Assembly: GCF_039654945.1 (NCBI RefSeq)
Contig: NW_027361810.1
Coordinates: 25,234,001 to 25,298,000 of the forward strand
Length of the DNA: 64,000 nt
Direction of reading: 5' to 3'
Source: Dendrobates tinctorius
Taxonomy: Eukaryota
A program made the position numbers and the translations under genes. The first letter of the stretch is position 1. Every line of letters begins with the position of its first letter. Below are positions 26,734 through 39,836 of this stretch, one piece after another. The notes beneath the pieces are model-generated. The model searched no databases. It had not been told where the DNA came from and saw nothing but the letters and a program-made list of their open reading frames with translations.

Positions 26734-27150
26734 GGCTACTTTCACACTTGCATTAGAAGGCGCAGCGCCTCCGCTAAGCTCCACCCCCTGCCGTGCCTCC
26801 TCTGGTCAGCTCCTCCTATGGGCGCATGACACAGCATACGACCTGCGTACCTTATATTTAGCGTTGCATACGCAGGCCGTGCGCTGGTATGTTTTTGCCG
26901 GCGCATGCGCCCTTTTGGCGCTGCGCCGAACGCACAAAAATGCAACACGGTGCATTTGGCGCACGTCGGCGCATGCGCCGGCAAAAGCATACCAGCGCAC
27001 GGCCTGCGTACCCAACGCTAAATAATGGGTACGCAGGTCGCATGCAGCATCATGCGCCCATAGGAGGAGCTGACCAGAGGAGGTGCGGCAGGGGGTGGAG
27101 CTTAGCGGCGGCCGTGCGCTGCGCCTCCTAACGCAAGTGTGAAATTAGCC
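26734..27150. mobile_element. Palindromic Harbinger-type MITE
   Basis: taa|ggctactttcacacttgc ... gcaagtgtgaaattagcc|taa; GC-rich and almost fully self-complementary; same family as 62895-63336. Confidence 0.85.
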
Positions 27151-27153
27151 TAA

Positions 27154-27665
27154 GAGGAGAACCTGGAGCTGGTACACCCTTTATATAACTCAGTACAGGG
27201 CAGCAAGGCGACAGGAATTCACACATACTGGACCTATTGGGGGAAGCAATCCTAAAGGTTAACTTTGATCCTTTATCGATCCTTGCCACATGACTTAGGA
27301 TAAAAAAGCCAAACCACATACTCTATTTATAGACACATGTTTTGGGATATTTTCCCCTCAGCAGTGCAAAGCAGAAGGTCTGATTTTGCTAAGTAGGGGG
27401 CCTAATTACTCCAGCTTAGCACTCTCTATAAGAAGATATATTTACCCATAGATAATATGTCAGAGTCCTCTCACTTAGACAGATCAGATCTACACCTTTG
27501 CACTGATGAGGGGCAAACACCCTCAAACATGTGTGGGCAAATTGAGTGTCTGGTTTAGCATTTTATCCTAAGTCATGTGGCAAGGCTCATTAAAGGGTCA
27601 ATATTAACTTCTAGGATTTCAACCCCCAATAGGTGGAGCCGGCGTTCTAGTCCTACTTCTCTCTT
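27154..27665. repeat. Palindromic repeat with two inverted, decayed hammerhead-like motifs
   Basis: Inverted arms cttgccacatgacttaggataaaa / ttttatcctaagtcatgtggcaag; motif tttgcaCTGATGAggg..ccctCAAAC at 27497-27541 and an inverted copy at about 27326-27370. Confidence 0.55.
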
Positions 27666-27799
27666 AAGAGAATATTTGCATAAATAAATTTCCCAGGGAA
27701 GCATTGCATGGCCTATACGTCTCCTTGCTCCAGCTTTGCACTCTCCACAAAGAGAAATGTTCCCCATTAGACTAGGTCACTCTTGAGCCATTTGGACAC

Positions 27800-29515
27800 T
27801 TTCCTACACCAGTTCCATACATTTTCTACTGGATTCAGATCCAGCGATTGCTGGTCCGTTCTAGCAGCTTTATTCTCTCTCTGAAACCAGTTGAGTGCTT
27901 CCTTGACTGTGTGCTTGGAATCACTGTCTTGCTAAAATGTCCACCCTCCTTTCATCTTCGTTATCCTGGTAGATGGCAGCAGAATTTTATCTAGAATGTC
28001 CTTTCAACTTTTCCGCAATTTTATTAAGTTTGCCAATATCGTATGCTGAAAAACAGCCCCACACCATGATGTTCCCACCTCCAAACTTCACTGTTGGTAT
28101 GGTGTTTTGGGTGTGATAAGGAGTGTCCTTTGACCTCCAAACATGGTGGGTATTATGGCATCCAGACAATGCAATTTTGGTCTCATCTGACCAGACTATA
28201 TTCTCCCAGTATTTCACAGGCTTGTCTAAAAGTTGTTGAGCAAACTTTAAAAATGTTTGAAGATGCTTTTTGCTCAGAAACGGAGTCTTGTGTGATGAGC
28301 GTGCATTCAGGCCATGCAGGTTGAGTGCATTACTTATAGTGTTCCTTGAAACAATTGTACCCGAGGATTCCAGGTAATCTGTAGCTCTCCACCGGTGGTC
28401 CTTGGCTCTTGGACAACTCTGTATGAAATTTTGCATAGAGTACCTCGTCGTAGCCAGTTTATGGTGAAATGATGTTATTTCCATTTTCAGATTAAGTCCC
28501 CAACAGTGCTCATTGAACCATCAGTAGTTAGAAATTAATCTGTAACCAATGCCATCAGTATGTTTTGCAACAATAAGGTTGCCAAGGTCTTGAGACAGCT
28601 CACTAATTTTACCCATCTTGAGATGTTTCTTGTGTGGCACCTTGATAATGAGACCGCACCTTTTTATAGGCCAACAGTTGAACCAGCTGACATTAATTTT
28701 CACTAAGTGGCAGGATTGCTTTTTAATTACTGATATATTTCAGCTGGTAACATAGTAACAAAGTTATTAAGGTTGAAGGAAGACTTTAAGTCCATCTAGT
28801 TCAACCCATATCCTATCCTAACTTGCCCTAACATGTTGATCCAGAGGAAGGCAAAAAAAACCCCCATGTGGCAAACAGTGAGCTTCACATTGGGGAAAAA
28901 AATCCCTTCCCAACTCCACATACGGCAATCAGACTAGCTCCCTGGATCAACGCAATATTAAGGAAACTAGTGTATATACCCTGTAATATTATACTTTTCA
29001 AGAAATGCATCCGGTCCCTTCTTAAATTTTAGTAGGGAATCACTCATTACAACATCATATGGCAGAGAGTTCCATAGTCTCACTGCTCTTACAGTAAAGA
29101 ATCCGCGTCTGTGAGCATGCATAAACCTTCTTTCCGCCAGACGTAGAGGATGCCCCCTTGTCCACGTCACAGGTTTAAGAGTAAAAAGATCATTAGAAAG
29201 GTGTGACGACCGTCTGCGAATCTGGGCTGCAGTAGGACAGCGCCCCTCCATGGCTTTTTGTACCTTTCTTTCTTCATGCGTTCAATACTTTTTCCCTGTG
29301 TCATTTCTCATTATTACACATAATTAAATTTATGCACAATCTATAGTTTGATTTCTTTGCCTGTGTGGATTGCATGGATTGTTATCGACATCAGGTGAGC
29401 ATTTCATGGCAATAGCACCTTTAGAAATAATTTTACTTAAAGAATTGGTTGACGTGTTTAATACTTACAGTATTTCACTAACTGCTTACGTGTTCAATAC
29501 TTATTTCGCCAGCTG
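27800..29515 (-). mobile_element. Degraded Tc1 element interrupted by a CR1 fragment
   Basis: ORFs MGKISELSQDL..., WSDETKI, PTVKFGGGNIMVWGCFS; TIR cagctggcgaaataagtattgaac ending at 29515. Confidence 0.85.
28748..29200 (-). mobile_element. CR1 LINE 3' fragment
   Basis: TRGHPLRL...RRGFFTVRAVRLWNSLP..VV...FKKG (CR1 ORF2 C-terminus) plus 3'UTR with a tactatgtt tail. Confidence 0.9.
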
Positions 29516-30499
29516 TTTATGATGAGACTCCAAAACCAGAGGCATCCCGAAAAATGTAGTTTAAGTTTGGAGAACATATTAGGGGAATGGAGATGGAAAG
29601 CAACCTGGAAACAATACCTAAATTAAAACAGTTATACACAAACCCCTCTATATTATTCTTAACCTATGCTGTATTAAATACATTCTGCTGGAGTGCTCTT
29701 TTACATTTGTCTCACATCGGCCCAGATTTTACCACAATTAACCCATTCTATATCAGTTTGCATACACACTGACCTTCACACAAAAACACCAATGTCCCCC
29801 GTCTGGAACAATGACGGCTGTCATCTCCCTTACTGCATGGATGACCATGACTGCGGAGACATTAATAGACATCAGATCAGGAAGGATAACAGGCTGATAT
29901 GTGGGGGATAGCTAATTTAGAAATTGCTCATCGGCCACACCATGTTTTTCTGTCCAGTTTAGATCATGACCGGCCATTATAATCCTCTTTATGACGGCGG
30001 TCGGGTTACTGACCTTTATGTGCCTCTTATTTTCCCCTGTTTGTTTATAACACACAACCTTCCTAGTTGTGCAACACGTCGGGTGCGGTGAAATGCGTCC
30101 GTCGGTAAACATTAATATACGTAGATTTTTGGAACGGATAGAAAGACTGTCTTTCTTGGGTAACCAATCACAGCGCAACTTTCATTTTTTATGAGCCCTG
30201 CTGGAATTGAAAGCTGCGCTGTGATTGGTTGCTATGGGCAACAAAGTCGTTTTTTTTTTTCTTTCACTTTCCTAAATCTCTCCCATGTTTCTTAGGTTTT
30301 ATATGTATGATGTTTGAGTTTTCTGGCAGAACTATTCACCAGCCAACTATACAATCAGCCGGTAGTGTAGCCTGGTGCCACACTTTGCCTGTAAATCACA
30401 GGCCACTCGAGGTTTGCGGCCTACAGGACAACAGAGCCACCCAAAATGTTAGCGGCCGGTCACAGCTTCAAATAACGTGTGCTTGGCCAATTATTGCAC

Positions 30500-31048
30500 A
30501 GTTCTTTATGGGACATTATTACTCATTAAGAGTGCATTAAGAGCGCTATTAACTAAGGGGTCTCTCTGGGCATTATTAGTAGTAGTATTAATCATTAACA
30601 GGGCTCTCTGAGCATTATTATTAATTTTATTATAATTACTATTATCATTTAAGGTGGGCTTTCTGGGTATTATTACTCATTAAGAGTGCATAATGGGCAT
30701 TATTATTATTATTAATAATAATTAAGGGGGCTTTCTGGGTATTATTACTCTTTAAGAGTGCATTCTGGACATTATTATTATTATTAATAATTAAGGAGGC
30801 TTTCTGTGTATTATTACTCATTAAGAGTGCATTCTGGGCATTATTATTATTATTAATAATTAAGGAGGCTTTCTGTGTATTATTACTCATTAAGAGTGCA
30901 TTCTGGGCATTATTATTATTATTAATAATTAAGGAGGCTTTCTGTGTATTATTACTCATTAAGAGTGCATTCTGGGCATTATTATTATTATTAATAATAA
31001 TTAAGGGGGCTTTCTGGGTATTATTACTCTTTAAGAGTGCATTCTGGA

Positions 31049-31094
<46 letters not shown>

Positions 31095-31144
31095 AATTAA
31101 GGGGGCTTTCTGGGTATTATTACTCTTTAAGAGTGCATTCTGGA

Positions 31145-31181
<37 letters not shown>

Positions 31182-31231
31182 AATTAAGGGGGCTTTCTGG
31201 GTATTATTACTCTTTAAGAGTGCATTCTGGA

Positions 31232-31265
<34 letters not shown>

Positions 31266-31484
31266 AATAATAATAATTAAGGGGGCTTTCTGGGTATTAT
31301 TACTCATTAAGAGTGTATTCTGGACATTAATTATTATTATTATTATTATTATTAATTAAGGGGGCTTTCTGTGTATTACTCATTAAGAGTGCATTCTGGA
31401 CATTATTATTATTATTATTAATAATAATAATAATAATAATTAAGGGGGCTTTCTGTGTATTACTCATTAAGAGTGCATTCTGGA

Positions 31485-31524
<40 letters not shown>

Positions 31525-31655
31525 AATAATTAAGGGGGCTTTCTGTGTATTACTCATTAAGAGTGCATTCTGGACATTATTATTATTATTATTATTATTA
31601 TTAATAATAATTAAGGGGGCTTTCTGTGTATTACTCATTAAGAGTGCATTCTGGA

Positions 31656-31689
<34 letters not shown>

Positions 31690-31935
31690 AATTAAGGGGG
31701 CTTTCTGGGAATTATTACTCATTAAGAATGCATTCTGGACATTATTATTATTAATATTAATAATTAAGGGGGCTTTCTGGGTATTATTGCTCATTAAGAA
31801 TGCATTCTGGACATTATTATTATTAATAATTAAGGGGGCTTTCTGGGTATTATTACTCATTAAGAGTGCATTCTGGGCATTATTATTATGAATTAAGAGG
31901 GCACTCTGGGCATTTATATTCATTAAGGTTGCATT
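30500..31935. repeat. Compound minisatellite: about 50-bp core plus variable (TTA)n, about 20 units
   Basis: Unit taagggggctttctg(g/t)gtattattactcattaagagtgcattctgg(a/g)ca(tta)n. Confidence 0.95.
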
Positions 31936-34343
31936 CTGTATAATTATTAATTAAAAGGGGCGTTTTGTGCATTCTTGTTATTCATTAATGGGCATTTGAT
32001 TATAATTATTACTACATTGGGGGGGGGGCTCCCTGGGCCTTACCAATATTTTTTAAAGGTAATCTGGGCATTATTATTGATTAATGAAAACTCTGGGGTC
32101 ATTATCTATTAAATGTGCATTATTACTTTTTAAAGGAGCACTCAGTTACCATTATTATATTTAGTGAAGGGTTTAATCAGGGGTCTCAGCAGAAACAGTA
32201 GGTTGGAAACAGATGGGGGAACTGGAAATGTAAGAAGTGAAATGTGTTGTTTGGCCAACTCCATAGGGTATAGAATAAAACCAAGGAACCACTAGGCGCT
32301 GCAGGAAAAGTTGAACGCCCATAGGTAGAGATATGACCGCTTTATTGAGGCTACGCGTTTCAGAACAGACACCATCAACAGGTATCTGAAAACCTCTTCA
32401 GAAAAAAAAACCCAACCCCGAAAACGCCTCATGTGAACAGTAACATGGCTTTGCGCAATCTGGACCGGTTGAAGAGTGATTAACGCGAAGCGGCCATAGT
32501 CCTGTTTACTGCATGCCTGCACTACGTTGCCCTCTTAAACCTTGTCCATGCACCTTTTGCTCAGATAAAGGACTTAGGTTTTTATTATACGGTTTTCGGA
32601 GTGTGCTGCTTTTCTTCTTATTTTTAGATTTAGTAACATGGCTTTCCCACAGACATTAATTAGTAGAGTTTTCCAGAAGTTTTTTTTTTTTTTAGGAAGT
32701 TTTGATGACCTTTTCCAACCCCCCCAAAATAAAAATACTACTGATAAATGCCCAAAGGTCTGCAGTCAGCCTGAGAGTCTAATCTGTAATATGTGGCTTG
32801 TAATACTGAACTTCAGTCCCTGATCTGGCCAAAAATGGCAGAGAAAATGGCGTAGCAAACTATGCTCATTTGCAGGGTAAATTGCCAGAAACGTGGTAGA
32901 CCCTGTTATAATCAACGGTTTCAGTTGGGCTGGGGTCAATCAGTCATGAGGTCCTGCATTTTCTACTTTTCGGAATTATAATCCTAACATGGATCACAAA
33001 TATGGAAATAACAATGCAGCTGTGAACTGAGCCATAAGCTGCGGATGGACTGATGTAGCAGAGCTGGTTTGACAGTGAAACTCCGTAGAGAGTCCAGCAT
33101 GTACAACACAAGCGCTCAGCACAGGATACACGTCTGTCATCTCCTGGGTATCTAGCGTCATGTAGTGATGAGCCCGGATTACTTATACATGGAATCAAGA
33201 AGCACATGATTTAATGCTCAGAAACAGCTGCACCTGTGGACGTCTGACACCTTCTCATCATGGCTGCCAGCTGTTATGTTGCACTTTGGGGCTGATTCGA
33301 AGATTAAATCAGAAAAATGTATAGATATTGGTACTCTCATATAATATTGGGATTTTTTTGCCCTTGTTGCACTGGTGGTGGGATCTCAAGCAATCAGATG
33401 GTTGGATAGGTGATAAAGAGGTTGTCCAACAACTACAACTTAAGATCTCCTTCAAGCACTTTTTTTTTTGCCGTACATCCGCCATGCTGATTTCAAAAGG
33501 GTGAAATCTGCAGCGAAAATTCCAGCATAAATTCATAAACTGCAGGTTTTAAAGTCAGCGCTCATTTTTTTTTTTTGTTGTTGTTGAGAATAATATGGAT
33601 GATATTTGGAAAATTTCCATCCTCTTTGCTGACATTCTGAGGCATCAGTGTGAACTGTGCCCATTGTGAAGCGTGCTGTATAGTGGGATTTGTGATGTGT
33701 GTTTAAGGTGTTGGTGATATTGATAATGCATATAGTTTGACCATAAGGACAGTTAGTGGTTGGGACTAGCCCAGAGTGGGAAAGGGGAAGAGTTGCAGGG
33801 AAAGTGACAATTTCCTGTCAGAGAAACAGATAGGGTCAGGACTGTATCCTTCACAGATACATTATATTGAAAGTCTTTTCCCGGCAAATTCCACCTGAAA
33901 GAGCACCAGAAAAAAAAACTTACAAAAAGAATGCACAGCAATGTAAAAACGATTTTCTGTTCGTATGTTTGGTCCTTTTCAACGTACAGTTAGGTCCATA
34001 TATATTTGGACAGAGACAACATTTTTCTAATTTTGGTTCTAGACATTACCACAATGAATTTTAAACAAAACAATTCAGATGCAGTTGAAGTTCAGACTTT
34101 CAGCTTTCATTTGAGGGTATCCACATTAAAATTGGATGAAGGGTTTAGGCGTTTCAGCTCCTTAACATGTGCCACCCTGTTTTTAAAGGGACCAAAAGTA
34201 ATTGGACAATTGACTCCAAGGCTATTTCATGCACAGGTGTGGGCAATCCCATCGTTATGTCATTCTCAATTAAGCAGATAAAAGGCCTGGAGTTGATTTG
34301 AGGTGTGGTGCTCGCATTTGGAAGGTTTTGCTGTGAAGGAAAC

Positions 34344-35696
34344 ATGTGGCCAAAGGAGCTCTCCATGCAGGTGAAACAAGCCATCCTTAGGGTATGTGCA
34401 CACGCTCTGAGGGTCCGCAGCAGATTCTGCTGCGTTGTACAGTATCCTTATTTCCTATGGGAAAAAAAAAATGCTGTGCACATGCTGCGGATTTTTCCAC
34501 ACGGTTTTGCTGCGGTTTACAATCCGCAGCATGTCAATTCTTTGTGTGGTTTCTGCTGCGGTTTCACACCTTATCATTATGAGGTGTGAAACCGCAGGTT
34601 AATCCGCAGATAAACTGCAGGACTTTTGTCTTGCGGATTTACCTGCGGATTTTCCAACAAAATCCACACACCCTAAAACCTACGTGTGCCCATACCCTTA
34701 AGCTGCAAAAACAGAAAAAACCCATCCATCCAAGCAATTGCTACAACATTAGGAGTGGCAAAATCTACAGTTTGGTGCATCCTGAGAAAGAAAGAAAGCA
34801 CTGGTGAACTCATCAATGCAAGAAGACCTGGGCGCCCACAGAAGACAACAGTGGTGGATGATCACAGAATAATCTCCATGGTGAAGAGAAACCCCTTCAC
34901 AACAGCCAACCAAGTGAACAACACTCTCCAAGAGGTAGGCGTATCAATATCCAAATCTACCATAAAGAGAAGACTGCATGAAAGTAAATACAGAGGGTTC
35001 ATTGCACGGTGCAAGCCACTCATAAGCATCAAGAATCAAAAGGCTAGACTGGACTTTACTAAAAAACATCTAAAAAAGCCAGCACAGTTCTGGAAGAACA
35101 TTCTTTGGACAGATGAAACCAAGATCAACCTCTACCAGAATGATGGAAAGAGAAAAGTATGGCGACGGCGTGGTACAGCTCATGATCCAAAGCATACCAC
35201 ATCATCTGTAAAACACGGCGGAGGCAGTGTGATGGCTTGGGCATGCATGGCTGCCAGTGGCACTGGGTCACTAGTGTTTATTGATGATGTGACACAGGAT
35301 AGAAGCAGCCGAATGAATTCTGAGGTATTCAGAGCCATACTGTGTGCTCAGATCCAGCCAAATGCAGCCAAACTGATTGGTCGTCGTTTCATACTACAGA
35401 TGGACAATGACCCAAAACATAAAGCCAAAGCAACCCAGGAGTTTATTAAAGCAAAGAAGTGGAATATTCTTGAATGGCCAAGTCAGTCACCTGATCTCAA
35501 CCCAATTGAGCATGCATTTCACTTGTTAAAGCCTAAACTTCAGACAGAAAGGCCCACAAACAAACAGCAACTGAAAACCACCGCAGTGAAGGCCTGGCAG
35601 AGCATCAAAAAGGAGGAAACACAGCGTCTGGTGATGTCCATGAGTTCAAGACTTCAGGCAGTCATTGCCAACAAAGGGTTTTCATCCAAGTACTAG
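34344..35696 (+). pseudogene. Tc1 transposase, disrupted near the N-terminus; catalytic region still open (ORF 34686-35696)
   Basis: HTH (IATTLGVAKSTVW), [23 protein letters not shown]. Confidence 0.9.
34390..34697. mobile_element. Harbinger-type MITE inserted in the Tc1 ORF
   Basis: TTA|gggtatgtgcacacg ... cgtgtgcccataccc|TTA (perfect 3-bp TSD). Confidence 0.9.
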
Positions 35697-36192
35697 AAAT
35701 GAACATTTTATTTACAATTATTTAATCTGTCCAATTACTTTTGGTCCCTTTAAAAACAGGGTGGTACATGTTAAGGAGCTGAAACTCCTAAACCCTTCAT
35801 CCAATTTTAATGTGGATACCCTCAAATGAAAGCTGAAAGTCTGAACTTCAACTGCATCTGAATTGTTTTGTTTAAAATTCATTGTGGTAATGTCTAGAAC
35901 CAAAATTAGAAAAATGTTGTCTCTGTCCAAATTTATATGGACCTAACTGTATTTGCCTAGGGTGCACGAAAGCCTTTCTGCAGAGTTTTCTCGGAGCGGA
36001 AACAAACTTTTTGAGATCTGGAGGAAGATTAGGAGAGCTCAGATTCTGCTCCTTGAAAAACTCCTAGGGCTATAATTACTGTAGTAGAATATCAACTTCC
36101 TCTATTAATATCCCCCACTAATATATTACAAGAATCCCAAAACCAGTGATCTGGAAATAATCAAGTGCTATTAATGTCCACCAGATAATGTG

Positions 36193-36639
36193 AGAGTAAC
36201 GTTCAATCACCGCACACTCTTGATAGATGCTTGGGAGAGTTTTATTGTACCGATACAGATGCAGCAATAACACAAGTCAAGTGCAGGGATAGAGGAAATG
36301 GTGAGGCGACAAGAACAGAACGTTTCGACCCTCACAGGGCCTTATTCATATAGTCGCTGTAGAAGAAAAAACAAGATATGAGAGATCAATTCCATAATAG
36401 AAACTACAAATAAAATTACAAACAAGCAAAAAAAAAAAACAGATAAATAAAATAGAAGTATACACATGGTAAAAAAAACAAACATGTTTATACTTGTATT
36501 TTATCTGTATCATAAAATTCTCTCAAGCATCTGTCAAGAGTGTGCGGTGATTGAACGTGACTCTACTACGGGGATTGCCATCCCACTTCACCATCACCCT
36601 GGAACTCTCCAGGCAAGAGAGTGCTCGCCACACTACCCG
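36193..36639. mobile_element. Penelope-like foldback insertion with 15-bp TSD
   Basis: ccaccagataatgtg at 36178-36192 and 36640-36654; inverted arms about 36193-36252 / 36505-36563; decayed hammerhead-like stem II plus GAAAC on the minus strand near 36320-36350. Confidence 0.6.
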
Positions 36640-38163
36640 CCACCAGATAATGTGGCAGTAAATTCTGCTGCACTTGAAGCAATCAGGTACGGCTATAATA
36701 GAATGCCATATATTATCAGATATACATATATTATATATCTTTGTATTCTGCTGGTATGTGCCGTTCTGAATTACAGATCAATTAGATCCAATGCCCAATA
36801 TAAACATTAGTGATGAGCGAAGGTGCTGGGATAAGGTGTTATCTGAGCATGCTCTGGGGCTAACCAAGTGACTTCGGCGTGCTCCAATATGTTTGAGTCC
36901 CCGCGGCTGCATGTCTCCTGGCTGTTCGACAGCCACAACACATGTAAGGATTGTCTGTGTGTTGGGCAATGACATTATTTTATTGGGGTATCAGCCCCCC
37001 CCCCCCCCCCCGTGCACCTCATTTCTCAGTAAGGCTACATGCGCATGGTCCTGACACTACGGCTATGCACACACATTGATTATTTCCAACAGATTTTTCT
37101 GCATCTGCAGCTTAAAAGGTCAGAGCTTTGGCAGGAAAAACGCTTGCTTTTGAACCATTTATTTGAATGGATCAAAAACGCTGCTAAGTCGTTGACTTGG
37201 CACGTTGCAGGTCTGAAATCTGCAAGGAAAAAAAGAAGCAGCGAGTGCATGACATTTCAGGAAACATCATTCACTTAGCTGGAAGTTTTCTTTTTCCCGC
37301 AGAAGAAAAAAAAACAACAAAAAACGAGAGGACAAATGCAATGTGCAAACAAGTCCGCTCACTTACATTTGCATCCTCTTTTGCCTTTCTGTTCCTGGGT
37401 GCACATCTAAGCATACGAGACCGTATAGTGATTTTCTGCATCCAGTGAGCCGCTGCGTACCTTGTGCCTCGCTACGGCAATGTAATTGTGGACGCATTGT
37501 AACCCGATAGAAAGGTATCGGGCAGATTAGTGGTGCCCGGGGGATGTCTTAGATTAATTGCAAATACAGGTTACATGACACCGTGCTGGAATTTGGACAG
37601 ACCTAAGGGAATCCCAGATGGAAAAGCAAAGCCAAAAGTTGGTTACTCCAGGGTGAAATATTACACGTTGGTCCCGGCTCTTGACATGTAACACGGATTT
37701 GCAGCAGTATAACCCACCAAGTCCCCTTAGAATGAATTGCAATGCATATTATATGTGCAGGGACGAGGTGCAGTGTCAGTAAGCCGATCACTGGGCCTAT
37801 AGGTGCACACAGTATAGACCCTGGGCATATAGTAGGTGCAAGACACTTCTCGCCTCTGCCGGAGACTGAGCAGGACAGCTGCACGTCTATGGAAAACATG
37901 ACATGATGGGGCCAATCACCGGAGGACGGGGCTGCCTGGCTGTTATATATATAGCAGCTCTCAGCCAGAGGCAAAAAGAGCAAAGGGAGGAGGATCTGGG
38001 GACAGTAATGGATTTTGGGGATCGGTCTCATGCGGTTTCGTTTCCAGATGTTTACATTCTAGTTAATTGGAGTCAGCAGTAAAAATGACCCATGATAAAG
38101 AGAAATGTCACATTGTGCATGCAACAAAGCAAGCTATAGAGCAGGAGATCAGCAGATTGATAA

Positions 38164-39062
38164 AACACCAAGGTTACTTACCGGTAGCCGGTTTTTCCAG
38201 CACTCATGACAACACACCTGAGAGAGGGATCCACCCAGCCAGGACACGAACCTACTGAAATAAAAGGACAGTATCTCTCCCCCCGCTTCAGTTGGTTACA
38301 GAGCATGAGAGGACCTCCCGGTTAATTACACATACAACCAACACCGCATCATAACACACCCAACTATAGTGCACACCCATATGGTGAGAAAATGGAGGTA
38401 ATATACGGGTGCTGTCAAGAGTTCTGGAAAAAAAACGGCTACTGGTAAGTAACCTCGGTGCTTTCCCTTCACCCGTGACAGCACACCTAAGAAACTTTTG
38501 GAGAATCTGAAACACCATAGGGAGGGACCACCCTACTACCAAAGGTCAAATCAGCAGAGGAGGATAGATCCAATCTAGTGTCTAAAGAAGGTGGATGGTG
38601 AGAACCAGGTAGTGGCCTTACAGATGTGGTTAATCAATACCTCCACTTTCTCAGTCCAGGAGGTCGCCACGGCTCGGGTGGAGTGACCCTTGATGTCATC
38701 AGGGATTGGAGCACCACTAGCAGAGTAAGCTTCACTAATGGCCTCCCGAATCCACCTGGCAATGGTACCCTTCGACACCCCATAACCCTTCCTACTACCC
38801 TGGAAGGTTATGAACTGGGACTGGGACTTCCTCCACCGTTTAATCACTGACATATATTCTAACATTGCCCTTCTAACGTCCCGATTATGAAACTTCCTCT
38901 CCCCCCCATTAAAGGTTACCGTCCGGTTTTCAGTACGAGAATTACATCAAGGACAGGAACCCAACTGAAGCGGGGGAGAGGTACCGCCCTTTTATTTCAG
39001 TAGATTCCTATCCTGGCTGGGTGGATCCCTCTCTCAGGTGGGCTGTCATGGGTGAAGGGAAA
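38164..39062 (-). mobile_element. Internally deleted DIRS1-like element (about 0.9 kb)
   Basis: Inverted terminal repeats, an internal complementary region (about 38407-38490), and a YR C-terminal remnant (ARWIREAI..GHSTRAVATSW..TFFRH). Confidence 0.88.
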
Positions 39063-39836
39063 ATATGACTTTCAGTGTAACTGGTATTATATTCATTGGA
39101 ATCCCTGCGCATTCTATGATAAGGTGTCCAGTGGGCGGATCTATTTTGTGACTAACAGCCTTTCTTATACAACTGTGCATAGCCATAGCTGTCAGTCACT
39201 AATAAGACTGCCCACTTGATTCCAAAATGTCAAATTTCTGCAGCTAGATTTTTCATGAAAGTCTGTGGAGAGATGGGAAAAAAAAAAAACAACATTACAA
39301 ATAATAATTTATTTTTTTTCTGGCTTTTTGGTGCATTTTTGGGATCAGTCAACACAATAAAAAATAAAGTTTGTATTCAGCTAAAGTGAGCCACCAAGTC
39401 CTCTTCTCCCCTGCACACAGGACGGGCTGACACAAGCTGTGAACCGCAGTGATGTAACAGCGCTGTCTATGCCGGGACGCCGACGTCTTACAGCTCATAG
39501 ACCTGCAGCTACCAGCATGAAAAGTGTAGGGGCATAGGACTCTCTGCTCCAGCACAGGAGACAGTTGTAACAGTGTGACGTTGTCAGGTCAAAGTGGTAC
39601 ACGCCCAGCGATCCGGGGTACCCAGCCAAAAGTCCAGGACATGTGCATTCCCTCGATCTTCATAAAAAGGCTGGAATAAAATGGATTAGAACAGCGCTGC
39701 CATCGGAAGGATGAGGAGGAAACAGGAATCCAAGACTGTGGTTTAGTGGTCAACGCATTTCAAAATATCAGACTTCATCAGGACAAACCACAGCTATCCC
39801 TATGGTTTGCCCTGAAGAAGAGGTTTAATACTGAGT

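Larger units (their letters stand above)
33987..35949 (+). mobile_element. Full-length Tc1 (long-TIR type, DD34E), inactivated
   Basis: TA|cagttaggtccat...atggacctaactg|TA; about 220-bp near-identical TIRs; transposase from ATG 34344 (MWPKELSMQVKQAIL) to 35696 with GRP, WTDE, DND-34-E; broken by a MITE and a 4-bp duplication. Confidence 0.95.

Noticed and set aside
26705-27131. Overlapping ORFs on both strands here and at 62883-63339
   Set aside because: By-products of GC-rich palindromic MITEs.
30645-31923. Two Asn-rich ORFs of about 200 aa
   Set aside because: They are translations of a minisatellite with (TAA/AAT)n tracts; no domain or splice evidence.
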